DNA of 64,000 nucleotides from contig JANYFE010000036.1 in the NCBI GenBank assembly GCA_025362795.1, positions 56-64,055 on the forward strand, read 5' to 3'. The first letter of the stretch is position 1. The number at the start of each line of letters is the position of its first letter. The stretch comes from Rhodobacterales bacterium. Its GTDB lineage: Bacteria > Pseudomonadota > Alphaproteobacteria > Rhodobacterales > Rhodobacteraceae. A program made the position numbers and the translations under genes. Of the stretch, positions 1-9,683 are shown one piece after another. A model generated the notes under the pieces. That model searched no databases. It had not been told where the DNA came from and worked only from the letters and a program-made list of their open reading frames with translations.

Positions 1-17
1 GGTGTGGGTCTGCTCAT
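1..17 (-). CDS. IS5-family transposase, first codons only (MSRPTP...)
   Basis: ATG AGC AGA CCC ACA CC on the minus strand, 46 nt inside the inverted repeat; runs off the window edge. Confidence 0.7.
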
Positions 18-80
18 GCCGTCCAGCTACCACGCTGGATTCACAAGATGAATCCCTCACAGGATTTGTGCAACAGAGCC
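1..80 (-). mobile_element. Left end of an IS5-family (IS903-group) insertion sequence; the element continues beyond the window start
   Basis: Minus-strand 80..63 reads GGCTCTGTTGCACAAATC, 15/18 identical to the IS903 terminal repeat GGCTTTGTTGAATAAATC as I recall it. A minus-strand ATG at 17 begins MSRPTP, resembling rhodobacteral IS5 transposase N-termini. The repeat sits exactly where aqpZ homology stops. Confidence 0.85.
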
Positions 81-254
81 CAGATGCGCACCCGAAATGG
101 CGCCGATCGAATAGGCGGCAGCAACGATGGACAGGCCAAAGGCAATCGCAATGCCCAGCATCCCAATTTTGTCGCCCATCAAAACCGCGGATCCACACCC
201 AAAGACCACCAGTAAAAGAGTTCCCAGAGCCTCGGCCATCAGTTTCTTGTTCAT
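81..254 (-). pseudogene. aqpZ: Aquaporin Z 5' fragment, interrupted by the IS just before the first NPA motif
   Basis: MNKKLMAEALGTLLLVVFGCGS...GAISGAHL matches the MIP family signature SGAHLNPA, but NPA is replaced by IS sequence (GSVAQIL*). Confidence 0.9.
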
Positions 255-384
255 CTTGTCCCTTCCTCTCCGCCGCTGCGGGCGGTTTCTCTGCCTGACA
301 GCATTACGGCCCGCGGCATCATACCCCGGGCCGCAATCATTCTAGCCGCCAGAATTCCCGCAGGTCACGGGGAAATACGTCGTT

Positions 385-1299
385 TCATCCCGCTTTTTTG
401 ATCGTTGTCGCGGCCCCCCGGAACTTGCGCTCCGCGGTCTCATAGGCCTTGGCAATCGCGGCAATCATCTTTTCGATCTTGTCCTTGTCTTTGGACACGT
501 CCAGCGTTTTGCCGAATTTGCTGACAGCGGTCACGTATTGGTCATTCACCTCTTTGACCTTTTCCAGTTCGGTTTTTGCGGTTTTCAAAAACGGAAGTGC
601 TTTTTCGATGCCGCCACCCGCAGCGTCGATGGCGGAAGAGCAGGCCTCTTCAACTCGTTTTGCACCGGCTACCGCTTTGGTGAAATTCGACTTGATGTTG
701 CGGTCGACAAAAAGCTGAGGCATTTCGGTGGCCTCTTTGGCCTTTTCCTGTTCTTGGGGTGCCTGTTTCATAATACCGGCAACCGTCTTCTGGAAGTTCT
801 TGGCATAGTTCAGGATCGCCGGATTGACCCGCTCGCCGTAATACTTGCTGCATTTGGTCAGGTCTTTCTGATCGACTATGGTCTGATCCAGCAGCGCCTG
901 AATGTCTTTTTTGGTCGCAGAACTGTCTTTGCGGCCCTTCAGGTCTTTTTCAATGGCGGTTTGCAATTTGCCGACCTCGGCGGAAGTGGTGCCCGCCTCC
1001 TGGCAGAATTTCTCAAACGCGCGGGTTTCTGCGGTCAACATGCTGGCCGCGGTGTCCAAAAGGCCAAGCGCCTCTTTGAAACCCTTGTCCTTGACGAAAT
1101 CGGCCAGCCCGGCTCCGGTCACACCGCCTTTGCGCGCGGTCACCATGCTTTCCGCAAGATTCATCTCGCCTTGCGAACAGTTGGCATGCGCGGTGCCCAT
1201 GCGCTTGGCATAGGCAGAGGCTTCGGCAAAAGCGTGGCTTTTGATTGTCGGCGCCAGCTTTTTGTAGTCGGTTTCAAACTTGTCCCATTCCTTGGCCAT
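385..1299 (-). CDS. Hypothetical Lys/Ala-rich, probably all-helical soluble protein, 304 aa
   Basis: Long ORF with host-like codons; ATG at 1299 preceded by GGGGAAG; no signal peptide, TM segment or motif I recognise. Confidence 0.85.
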   Translation of the reverse strand: MAKEWDKFETDYKKLAPTIKSHAFAEASAYAKRMGTAHANCSQGEMNLAESMVTARKGGVTGAGLADFVKDKGFKEALGLLDTAASMLTAETRAFEKFCQEAGTTSAEVGKLQTAIEKDLKGRKDSSATKKDIQALLDQTIVDQKDLTKCSKYYGERVNPAILNYAKNFQKTVAGIMKQAPQEQEKAKEATEMPQLFVDRNIKSNFTKAVAGAKRVEEACSSAIDAAGGGIEKALPFLKTAKTELEKVKEVNDQYVTAVSKFGKTLDVSKDKDKIEKMIAAIAKAYETAERKFRGAATTIKKAG

Positions 1300-1427
1300 A
1301 AAGCTTCCCCCAAAAATGGCATGGGTGCCATGCACCTTGCCGCCCCACTGACCTATAGGAACAACTTTTCTTCTGATGCGTCAAAGGATATGTCCTGATC
1401 CGAGCCGTGCCGCGAAAGGAGCTTGCG

Positions 1428-2384
1428 TTGTCCCCACGCGACTTGAAACTGCCGGAAGAACGCCACCCTGAAAAGGCGCACCGACCGGATAACATCCAGC
1501 CGAAAAAGCCGGACTGGATCAGGGTAAAGGCGCCCAATTCCGAAGGCTACAAACGCACGCGCGATATCTTGCGCGCCAAGGGTCTGGTCACGGTCTGCGA
1601 AGAGGCGGGCTGTCCCAACGTCGGCGAATGCTGGAGCCAGGGTCACGCCACCATGATGATTCTGGGCGACATCTGCACCCGTGGCTGCACCTTTTGCAAT
1701 ATAGCCACCGGCAAACCCCGTGCCCTGGACGCGTTCGAGCCGGGGCGCGTGGCTTTTGCCGTGGCCGAACTGGGTCTGAACCATGTCGTCGTGACCTCGG
1801 TGGATCGCGACGATCTGGACGATGGCGGCGCCGAACATTTCGCCATGACGATCCGCGCCATCCGCCGCCACGCCCCCGACACGACCATCGAGATTTTGAC
1901 CCCAGATTTCCTGAAATGCCCGGCAACTGCGCTGGAAACGGTCGTCACCGCCCGACCCGACGTGTTCAACCACAACCTCGAAACCGTTCCGGGCCTCTAT
2001 CCCGAAGTTCGCCCCGGAGCCCGCTATTTCGCCTCGCTGCGGCTGTTGCAGCGGGTCAAGGAACTCGATCCGACGCTGTTCACGAAAAGCGGTATCATGG
2101 TCGGTCTGGGCGAGGACCGTCAGGCCGTGTTGCAAGTGATGGACGACATGCGCGCGGCAGACGTCGATTTTCTGACCATCGGCCAATACCTGCAACCCAC
2201 CCCCAAACACCACCGCGTCGACCGCTTTGTGACGCCGGACGAGTTTAAAACCTACGAAGCCGCCGCTTATGCCAAGGGCTTTCTCATGGTGTCCGCCACC
2301 CCGCTGACCCGGTCGAGCTACCACGCGGGTGACGATTTCGCCCGGCTGCGGGACGCACGGATGGCAAAACTGGGCCGCGGCTGA
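1428..2384 (+). CDS. lipA: Lipoyl synthase
   Basis: [12 protein letters not shown] (CX4CX5C) and radical-SAM CTRGCTFC motifs, RSSYHA C-terminus. TTG start after AAAGGA; GTG at 1407 is an alternative. Confidence 0.97.
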   Translation: MSPRDLKLPEERHPEKAHRPDNIQPKKPDWIRVKAPNSEGYKRTRDILRAKGLVTVCEEAGCPNVGECWSQGHATMMILGDICTRGCTFCNIATGKPRALDAFEPGRVAFAVAELGLNHVVVTSVDRDDLDDGGAEHFAMTIRAIRRHAPDTTIEILTPDFLKCPATALETVVTARPDVFNHNLETVPGLYPEVRPGARYFASLRLLQRVKELDPTLFTKSGIMVGLGEDRQAVLQVMDDMRAADVDFLTIGQYLQPTPKHHRVDRFVTPDEFKTYEAAAYAKGFLMVSATPLTRSSYHAGDDFARLRDARMAKLGRG

Positions 2385-2421
2385 CCCGTCGCTCTTCAAG
2401 CCCGACGCAATGAACGCCTTG

Positions 2422-3051
2422 TCAGGTCGGCGGAATGAACGTTTGCGAAATCGCCTGAAACACCGGCATCGCCTCCAGACCTGCACAATGCGCGGTCAGT
2501 GCGGGGCAGGCGGCCATGTCCAGCACACCGGGATGCGCGTCATTGGCATAGCGCAGGGCGCAGGCGACGGCGATGTCGGCATGACCGATCCTGTCGCCAA
2601 ACCAGAAAGGCCCCGAACGGCTGGCGCGATCTTTCTCCAGCGCCGCGACGACACCGCCCATCTGTCGGCGGCAGCGGGCGTCCCATGTGGGCGACGCCAC
2701 CTCGTGCATCCGGCGCTCGAAGAACAGGCTGACGGCTTTGTCGGCCAGCCCGGCGGCCAGCGTCGCCACGTTCAGCGCCCGGTATCGGTCCGGTTCATGG
2801 CGCGGGAACATGACGACTTTCTTGTTCACCAGATGATCAAGGTGGTCCAGAATCATATGGCTGTCGGTCAAAACGAACCCATTCTCCAGAACCAGTGTCG
2901 GCACCCGGATCACCGGGTTCAGCGCGGCAATCTTGTCGGCATCGCCAAACACCGACCACGCACGATGCTCGAACGCGATCCCATACAGCGCCAGGGCAAT
3001 CCCGACCCGGCGCACGAAGGGACTGTCATACTGGCCGATCAGGATCATCAT
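2422..3051 (-). CDS. Glutathione S-transferase family protein
   Basis: SPFVRRV N-terminal motif, NP..RVPTL...LTDSHMILDHL, C-terminal helical domain with ADIAVACAL. Confidence 0.92.
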   Translation of the reverse strand: MMILIGQYDSPFVRRVGIALALYGIAFEHRAWSVFGDADKIAALNPVIRVPTLVLENGFVLTDSHMILDHLDHLVNKKVVMFPRHEPDRYRALNVATLAAGLADKAVSLFFERRMHEVASPTWDARCRRQMGGVVAALEKDRASRSGPFWFGDRIGHADIAVACALRYANDAHPGVLDMAACPALTAHCAGLEAMPVFQAISQTFIPPT

Positions 3052-3938
3052 GGCACCGCCGGTACGGATTTGAGATAGGCGACCACGGCCCGCACATCCG
3101 CCTCTGGCAGCCTTGCCATATTGTCCACCACATGCGCCATTGCCCCGCCGACACTGTCGAATTCCGGGGTGAACCCGGTGGTGAGATAGGCAAAAATCTC
3201 ATCCTCCGACCACGTCAGTTTGCCCGGCGTGATGTTCGGCACCCTGCCTTTGCCGTCCAGCACGGCGGCCCCGCCCAGCCAACTGGATTTCTGCAAGCCG
3301 CCCAACAGGTTGCGTGGCGTATGACATTCGCCACAATGCGCCATCGCTTCCGCGATATAGCGGCCCCGTCCGACTTGCGCGGTCAATGTGCCTTGCAAAA
3401 CATAGGCATCAGACCCGAACAGGAACTTCCAGCCACCCAAGGCCCGGCGGATGTTGAACGGAAACGCCACCTGATGCGGCAGACTGGCCGTGGTGGAGGG
3501 CGGCAATGTGTCCATGTAGGCCTTCAGGTCCAGCACGTCCTGCGGCACCATCTTGGCATAGGCGACATAGGGCATTGCCGGGAACTCATGGCTGCCGTCC
3601 GGCCTGATCCCGTCCTGTATGGCATGGACAAACTCGTCCAGCGACCACTCGCCAATGCCCTGATCCGGATCGGGCGAGATATTGGGCGCAAGGAACGTGC
3701 CAAAGGCCGTGGCAAAACTCTGACCGCCCGCCAGCACCAGTTGCGCATCGCCGGTCGCCGCCGGGGCCATATGGCAGGACGCACAGCCAGAGGCCCAGAA
3801 CACCTGCGCCCCGCGCGTCTTGTCACCGGTCAACCCGGCAAATGCAGCCATGCTGCGCGGATGAGGTGCTGTGACAAACCAGGCCACCACAAGACCCAAC
3901 ATGCCCAAGGCAATCACGATTCTGATCAGGCGGGACAT
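3048..3938 (-). CDS. Membrane-anchored diheme cytochrome c
   Basis: Two CxxCH motifs (CASCH, CGECH), APNISPD and FPAMPY segments, N-terminal hydrophobic anchor. ATG at 3938 after GGAG. Confidence 0.92.
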   Translation of the reverse strand: MSRLIRIVIALGMLGLVVAWFVTAPHPRSMAAFAGLTGDKTRGAQVFWASGCASCHMAPAATGDAQLVLAGGQSFATAFGTFLAPNISPDPDQGIGEWSLDEFVHAIQDGIRPDGSHEFPAMPYVAYAKMVPQDVLDLKAYMDTLPPSTTASLPHQVAFPFNIRRALGGWKFLFGSDAYVLQGTLTAQVGRGRYIAEAMAHCGECHTPRNLLGGLQKSSWLGGAAVLDGKGRVPNITPGKLTWSEDEIFAYLTTGFTPEFDSVGGAMAHVVDNMARLPEADVRAVVAYLKSVPAVP

Positions 3939-3999
3939 CGGCGGCTCCTGCTGCGTTGGCTTGGGCAAGCGTGGCATGACCCACCTGTTTGGGCAAGTC

Positions 4000-4179
4000 T
4001 CACGGCTTTGGCAACCGCATCCGGCCATTGACGCGCAGCCAATCCGGCCAGCCCCAGAAATGCTCGATCCCGACAAGGATCAGACAAAATGCCACAACCA
4101 CCGCGCCGATGATCACCCGCAGCACCGACGGCGGGTTGCGGGCCCAGCGGGCCATGCGGATCAGCCAAAGCGGGTTCAC
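4000..4179 (-). CDS. Small membrane protein, 59 aa (not in the ORF track)
   Basis: GTG start with AAGGA upstream; MNPLWLIRMARWARNPPSVLRVIIGAVVVAFCLILVGIEHFWGWPDWLRVNGRMRLPKP has one clear TM helix; co-oriented between hpt and the cytochrome c gene. Confidence 0.75.
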   Translation of the reverse strand: MNPLWLIRMARWARNPPSVLRVIIGAVVVAFCLILVGIEHFWGWPDWLRVNGRMRLPKP

Positions 4180-4245
4180 GCGGCAAACTTTCCTTGGTGC
4201 CCGGTAGGGTGCCTGATTTCACGCAACTTACGTTGGGGCCAGCGC

Positions 4246-4785
4246 CTATTCGGTAAAGCGTACCTTGCCGATATAGGGCAGGTTGCGGTTTCGTTGGGCA
4301 AAGTCGATGCCATACCCCACGACAAATTCGTCCGGTATCTCGAACCCGGTCCAGGTCGCCTTGATCGGCACTTCACGGCGTGACGGTTTGTCCAAAAGCG
4401 CACAGACCTCCAGCCGTGCCGGTTCACGCGACCGCAGCAGATTGACCACATGGTGCAGGGTGAACCCGGTATCAACGATATCTTCCACCACCAGCACATC
4501 ACGGCCCGCAATCTCGCCCCGCAAATCCTTCAGGATGCGCACCTCGCGCGATGAATGCATCGCATCGCCGTAGGACGACGCCTCCAGAAAATCGACCTCG
4601 ACCGGCAGATCAATTTCGCGCACGAGATCGGCAATGAAGACGAACGACCCCCGCAACAGGCCGACAACGACCAGTTTGTCGCAGCCCTTGAAATGGGCCG
4701 TAATCTCGCGCGCCAGCACCTCGGCCCGGGCAGCGATCGCCTTGGCCGAGATCATCTGGTCGATCACATAGGCACGATGCGGCAT
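4246..4785 (-). CDS. hpt: Hypoxanthine phosphoribosyltransferase
   Basis: [18 protein letters not shown]-binding motif, [15 protein letters not shown]. Confidence 0.96.
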   Translation of the reverse strand: MPHRAYVIDQMISAKAIAARAEVLAREITAHFKGCDKLVVVGLLRGSFVFIADLVREIDLPVEVDFLEASSYGDAMHSSREVRILKDLRGEIAGRDVLVVEDIVDTGFTLHHVVNLLRSREPARLEVCALLDKPSRREVPIKATWTGFEIPDEFVVGYGIDFAQRNRNLPYIGKVRFTE

Positions 4786-4851
4786 GACATCCCCTTGATT
4801 TCTGCGGCCCGCCTACCCAAAAGCAAGTGGCAAGCCAGAGCAAGAGTGATC

Positions 4852-5301
4852 ATGCCGCGCCACCACGAAACCCGCCAACTGCCTTATACTGCTGCGCAGA
4901 TGTATGACCTAGTTGCCGATGTGGCGCGGTATCCCGAATTCCTGCCGTGGAATTCTGCCGCCCGCATCCGGACCCGCGGCCCCTGCGAGGGCGGCGAGGT
5001 GATGGAAGCCGATCTGGTGATTTCCTTCAAATTGTTCCGCGAACGCTTTGGCAGCCGGGTGACATTGCTGCCGGGGAAGGGGTGGATTGTCACCGAATAT
5101 CTGGACGGTCCGTTCCGCCACCTGAAATCGGTCTGGACCTTCGCTGACCGCGACGCGGGCTGCGAGGTGACGTTCGATGTGGATTTCGAATTTCGCAACG
5201 CGATCCTGGCCGCCGTGATCGGTCTGGTGTTCAACGAGGCGATGACCCGCGTTGTCCGCGCGTTCGAGGCGCGGGCAAAGGTGCTCTACGGGGCCGGATA
5301 G
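4852..5301 (+). CDS. RatA/Coq10 START-fold (SRPBCC) protein
   Basis: MPRHHETRQLPYTAAQMYDLVADVARYPEFLPW, GPFRHLKSVW, VDFEF; typical lipA neighbour. Confidence 0.92.
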   Translation: MPRHHETRQLPYTAAQMYDLVADVARYPEFLPWNSAARIRTRGPCEGGEVMEADLVISFKLFRERFGSRVTLLPGKGWIVTEYLDGPFRHLKSVWTFADRDAGCEVTFDVDFEFRNAILAAVIGLVFNEAMTRVVRAFEARAKVLYGAG

Positions 5302-5361
5302 CCCGTAAGCTGGGCGATTTTCGGCACCACTCCGCCCTAAAGCCGCGTGAAATCAGGCAAA

Positions 5362-5829
5362 CTACACCAACGCAGCCCGCAGCATCGCCAAAGCATGATC
5401 CCGCGCCGCTGCCCGCACCTTTGCCCGGCCCAAGGCACCAAACTCCACCGTCTCGACCCGCGTCGGGCTGTCGAGGTGGGCGACCGCAAAACAGACGCGG
5501 CCTTCGGGCTTGACGTCTGACCCGCCGGGGCCCGCAATACCCGTGACGGCGACGGTCAGCGTCGCGGCGGAATGCGTCATCGCCCCCACCGCCATCTCGA
5601 CCGCGACCTGCTCTGACACTGCGCCGAAATCTGCCAGCGTGGCGGCACTGACCCCCAGCATCGCCATCTTGGCAGCATTGGAATAAGTGACAAACCCGCG
5701 GTCAAACACATCCGACGACCCGGCCACATCCGTCAGTGCCGCCGCGACCATGCCACCCGTGCAGCTTTCGGCGGTGGCGATGGTGACACCCCGGACCCGC
5801 GCCGCCTGCAAAAGATCGGTCACCGTCAT
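5362..5829 (-). CDS. CinA C-terminal domain protein (PncC-like NMN deamidase)
   Basis: ATAESCTGG, GFVTYSN, AVTGIAGPGG motifs. Confidence 0.93.
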   Translation of the reverse strand: MTVTDLLQAARVRGVTIATAESCTGGMVAAALTDVAGSSDVFDRGFVTYSNAAKMAMLGVSAATLADFGAVSEQVAVEMAVGAMTHSAATLTVAVTGIAGPGGSDVKPEGRVCFAVAHLDSPTRVETVEFGALGRAKVRAAARDHALAMLRAALV

Positions 5830-6323
5830 TTCAGCAAGAACAGCGCACCATGCGCCACACCCGCCGCCAGGATCGTGGCGATTCCGGCGAAAACGCCAGC
5901 GAACAGATCATCCAGCATAACCCCGGCCGGATCCTGCCTGCGGTCCATCCGCCCGATGATCCCGGGTTTCCAGATGTCGAACAGCCGGAAGAACAGAAAC
6001 GCCGCCACCCAGCCCGGATAGGGCATCCAACTGTCCCAGCCACGCCACCAAAAGGCGGCGGCAGGAAACAGCAAGGCAATCCACTGACCCGCCACCTCGT
6101 CGATCACAATCTCTGACGGGTCGTCGCCGGGGCGATCGGCCAATTCCACCTGACATGCCCAGAATCCCAGTGCCGTCACCGCCCCGGTGGCCGCCACCAG
6201 CGCCGGAAAGCCCAGAAAGCGCAGGATCACCAGCCCCAGCGCAATCGCCACCGCCGAACCCCAGGTGCCGGCGGCAGGGCGCAGCAGTCCCGCCCCAAAG
6301 AAGATCGTCAATAGCCGCGTCAT
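5826..6323 (-). CDS. pgpA: Phosphatidylglycerophosphatase A
   Basis: [30 protein letters not shown] motifs. Confidence 0.95.
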   Translation of the reverse strand: MTRLLTIFFGAGLLRPAAGTWGSAVAIALGLVILRFLGFPALVAATGAVTALGFWACQVELADRPGDDPSEIVIDEVAGQWIALLFPAAAFWWRGWDSWMPYPGWVAAFLFFRLFDIWKPGIIGRMDRRQDPAGVMLDDLFAGVFAGIATILAAGVAHGALFLLK

Positions 6324-7438
6324 GCCTGCACCAAAGTTGCGGTTGCGATGGCAGCGATGCCCTCCTCGCGGCCGGTAAAACCCAGACCCTCAGACGTGGT
6401 GGCCTTGACGCTGATCCGGTCCGCCGTCACGCCCAGAATCTTTGCCAGGGCCTGCCGCATGGCCAGCGCGTGTTGTGCCACCTTCGGCCGTTCGCAGATC
6501 AAGGTGACGTCTGCATTGCCCAGCCGAAAGCCCCGCTCCGCAATCCGCCCCGCGGCATGCGACAAGAAGATATGGCTGGCCGCCCCCTTCCATTGCGGGT
6601 CACTGGGTGGAAAATGCTGGCCGATGTCCCCCTCTGCCAAGGCGCCGTAAATCGCGTCGGTCAAGGCGTGCATACCGACATCGGCGTCAGAATGGCCCAG
6701 CAGGCCTTTGTCATGCGGCACCCGCACGCCACACAGCCAGACGTGATCACCCGGGCAAAACGCATGCACGTCAAAACCATTGCCCGTTCGCACATCCATG
6801 TCCCGCTCCTTCAAGATCGCCGCTGCCTTGGCGAAATCGCCGGCAAATGTCAGTTTCAGATTGTCCTCGTCGCCCGCCACAATCGCCACAACCAACCCGG
6901 CCGCCCGCGCCACTTCGACATCATCTGCCGCCGCGCCCTGAAACTTGCGATGCGCGGCAAGGATATCTTCCAGCTGAAACCCCTGCGGCGTTTGCGCCCG
7001 ATACAGCCCGGCGCGGTCGCGGGTGCCGGTCACAACGCCATCCGACCCGGTCCACAGCGCATCACTGACTGTCAGGGCCGGTGCCGCGCCGGCGTGGCTG
7101 TCCAATGCCGCCAAAACCCGGTCGATCAACGTCGTGGATACCAAGGGCCGCGCCCCGTCATGAATCAAAACCCGTGTCACGCCCCGCCCGGCCAAAGCCT
7201 CCAGCGCGTTGCGGACCGACGCCGCCCGCGTGGCCCCGCCCAACACCAGCTCGACCCCCAGCCCCTCGGCCAACGCCCGGTCGTCCGGATGGATCACCAG
7301 AACTCGCGTCATTCCGGCAAAGGCCGCAAGTGAATGCGCCACCACCGGCACCCCGCCAAGCATCTGCCATTGCTTGGGCAACGCGCCACCCGCGCGGGTT
7401 CCGCGTCCGGCGGCAACGATGATGGCGGCTGTGTTCAT
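6320..7438 (-). CDS. ispDF: Bifunctional IspD/IspF (MEP pathway)
   Basis: AAGRGTR...PKQW and IHDGARP (IspD) fused to [29 protein letters not shown] (IspF). Confidence 0.97.
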   Translation of the reverse strand: MNTAAIIVAAGRGTRAGGALPKQWQMLGGVPVVAHSLAAFAGMTRVLVIHPDDRALAEGLGVELVLGGATRAASVRNALEALAGRGVTRVLIHDGARPLVSTTLIDRVLAALDSHAGAAPALTVSDALWTGSDGVVTGTRDRAGLYRAQTPQGFQLEDILAAHRKFQGAAADDVEVARAAGLVVAIVAGDEDNLKLTFAGDFAKAAAILKERDMDVRTGNGFDVHAFCPGDHVWLCGVRVPHDKGLLGHSDADVGMHALTDAIYGALAEGDIGQHFPPSDPQWKGAASHIFLSHAAGRIAERGFRLGNADVTLICERPKVAQHALAMRQALAKILGVTADRISVKATTSEGLGFTGREEGIAAIATATLVQA

Positions 7439-7513
7439 GCCCGCTCCCCAAACCAGTCACCTCAATAGGCCAGCGCCCTGCCGCTGACAATCGGTCGCAA
7501 TTCAAGCCGAAAC

Positions 7514-7548
7514 TGCACAATAATTAGGCGTTGCTCGAATTTCAGGCA
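7514..7548. promoter_or_regulatory. Tandem NtrC-type binding sites upstream of dusB-ntrBC
   Basis: TGCACAATAATTAGGCG (7514-7530) and TGCTCGAATTTCAGGCA (7532-7548), both GC-N11-GC 17-mers with AT-rich cores resembling TGCAC-N7-GTGCA. Confidence 0.65.
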
Positions 7549-7617
7549 AAATGATGCCGCCACAGCTTTGCCATTGCGGCGGCGAAGCCCTAGTTAGGGC
7601 GGGACACGAAAGGATCT

Positions 7618-8595
7618 GTGGTGCAACTCGGCGACCTTACCTTGACGCCACCGGTGCTGCTGGCACCGATGGCCGGCATTACCGATCTGCCGTGGCGGCG
7701 GTTGGTAGCGTCGTTTGGCGCCGGTCTTGTCGTATCTGAAATGGTGGCCTCGCAAGAGGTGGTGCAGGCCAAACCACTGGCCCGCGCCAGATCAGAACTG
7801 GGCTTTGGCGAACTTGCGACCTCGGTGCAACTGGCCGGGCGCGAGGCCTATTGGATGGCCGAAGCGGCGCGGTTTGTCGAAGGGCAGGGCGCACGGGTCA
7901 TCGACATCAACATGGGTTGTCCTGCCAAACGGGTGACCACCGGCGCTTGCGGGTCCGCTTTGATGAAAGACCTCGCCCACGCGCTGAACCTGATCGAGGC
8001 TGTGGTGAGTGCGGTCAAGGTGCCCGTCACCTTGAAAACCCGGCTGGGATGGGACGACACCAGCCTCAACGCCGCCGAACTGGCCCGGATGGCCGAGGCG
8101 GCAGGCGTGCAGATGATTACCATTCACGGCCGCACCCGCAACCAGTTCTACAAGGGCCACGCCAACTGGGCCGCCATCGCCCGCGTCAAACAGGCGGTGC
8201 GCATTCCGGTGATCGCCAATGGCGACATCATCGACGCCGCCACCGCCCGCAGCGCCCTCACCGCCTCAGATGCCGACGGCGTGATGATTGGCCGGGGGGC
8301 GCAGGGCGCACCGTGGCGGCTGGCTGAAATTTCCCATGCCATCCATGGCACCCCCACTCCGAAAATCCCGCAAGGCGCGGACCTTGCCGACATGATCAGC
8401 GGTCATTACGAGGCAATGCTGTCCTTTTACGGTGCCGACCTTGGCCTCCGGGTCGCCCGCAAACATCTGGGCTGGTATCTGGAGGCGGCCGGGCTGGCAG
8501 ATCAGCGCACGGCCTTGATGACCGCCGCTACCCCGACCACGACCCTGCGCCTGATCGCCAGCACCTTTGCCTCTGCCGAAAGGCGGGCGGCATGA
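7618..8595 (+). CDS. dusB: tRNA-dihydrouridine synthase B (NifR3)
   Basis: LAPMAGITD, DINMGCPAK, IHGRT, ANGDI, GVMIGRG motifs. Confidence 0.96.
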   Translation: MVQLGDLTLTPPVLLAPMAGITDLPWRRLVASFGAGLVVSEMVASQEVVQAKPLARARSELGFGELATSVQLAGREAYWMAEAARFVEGQGARVIDINMGCPAKRVTTGACGSALMKDLAHALNLIEAVVSAVKVPVTLKTRLGWDDTSLNAAELARMAEAAGVQMITIHGRTRNQFYKGHANWAAIARVKQAVRIPVIANGDIIDAATARSALTASDADGVMIGRGAQGAPWRLAEISHAIHGTPTPKIPQGADLADMISGHYEAMLSFYGADLGLRVARKHLGWYLEAAGLADQRTALMTAATPTTTLRLIASTFASAERRAA

Positions 8596-9683
8596 ACGAT
8601 ATCGTGCCGCGTCCCGGTGCAATCTGGGCCTCACTGCCGATGCCGGCGTTGCTGATCGACCTGTCCGATCACATCCGCGCCGCCAACCCCGCCGCCGAAA
8701 CCTTCCTCAACGCCTCGGCCCGCAGCGTCATTGGTCAGCGCGTCACCGATCGGCTGACGGTCGATGCGCCACTCAGCGCGGCGTTGCAGCGCGTCCGCGA
8801 CAATCAGGCCGACCTCTACATCAACGATGTCAACGTCGGCTCGGGCGAACGAGCCATGCAATGCACCATCCAGATTGCCCCCCTCAGCGACGATCCCCAA
8901 ACGCTTTTGATGCTCGTCTCGCCCCGCGTCATTGCTGACCGTCTGGGCCGGGCGCTGAACGCCACCTCTGCGGCAAAATCGGCGATCGGCATGGCCGAAA
9001 TGCTGGCGCATGAAATCAAGAACCCCCTCGCCGGCATTTCCGGTGCAGCGCAACTGCTGGCGATGAACCTGTCCGTCGAAGATCGCGAGATGACCGATCT
9101 CATTGTCGAGGAAACCCGGCGTATCGTCAAACTTCTGGAACAGGTTGAACAGTTCGGCAACCTGCGCGCCCCCGACCGCCGTGCCGTCAACATCCATGAT
9201 GCGCTGGACCGGGCTAGACGATCTGCCCAGATCGGCTTTGCAGCGCATATGATGATTGTCGAGGATTACGACCCTTCCTTGCCCGCGACCTTTGCCGACC
9301 CGGACCAGTTGATGCAGGTCTTTCTGAACCTGATCAAGAACGCGGCAGAGGCATCCAAGGGCCGCCACGGCACCATCCGGCTGCGCACCTTCTACGACCT
9401 GTCGCTGCGCGTACGTCGCAAGGATGGCAGCGGCGGCGCCTTGCCGTTGCAGGTCGAAATCATCGACGACGGCCCCGGCATTCCGCCTGACATCGCGGGC
9501 AACATCTTTGAACCCTTTGTATCGGGCCGCGAAAACGGCACCGGGCTGGGGCTGGCGCTGGTGTCCAAAATCATGACCGATCACGGCGGCTGGATCGGCG
9601 TGGAATCTCTGCCCGGCAAGACGGTGTTTCGGCTGTCGCTGCCGATCGCCCCCAAAGACACTGCATTGAAGGAGAAGGTTTGA
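8592..9683 (+). CDS. ntrB: Nitrogen regulation sensor kinase NtrB
   Basis: PAS domain, [10 protein letters not shown]-box, N/G boxes; position in the nifR3-ntrBC operon. Confidence 0.96.
   Translation: MNDIVPRPGAIWASLPMPALLIDLSDHIRAANPAAETFLNASARSVIGQRVTDRLTVDAPLSAALQRVRDNQADLYINDVNVGSGERAMQCTIQIAPLSDDPQTLLMLVSPRVIADRLGRALNATSAAKSAIGMAEMLAHEIKNPLAGISGAAQLLAMNLSVEDREMTDLIVEETRRIVKLLEQVEQFGNLRAPDRRAVNIHDALDRARRSAQIGFAAHMMIVEDYDPSLPATFADPDQLMQVFLNLIKNAAEASKGRHGTIRLRTFYDLSLRVRRKDGSGGALPLQVEIIDDGPGIPPDIAGNIFEPFVSGRENGTGLGLALVSKIMTDHGGWIGVESLPGKTVFRLSLPIAPKDTALKEKV

Noticed and set aside
4852-5301. RatA as a toxin-antitoxin system
   Set aside because: No ratB partner is present; the lipA-linked START protein is better explained as a Coq10-like ubiquinone-binding protein.
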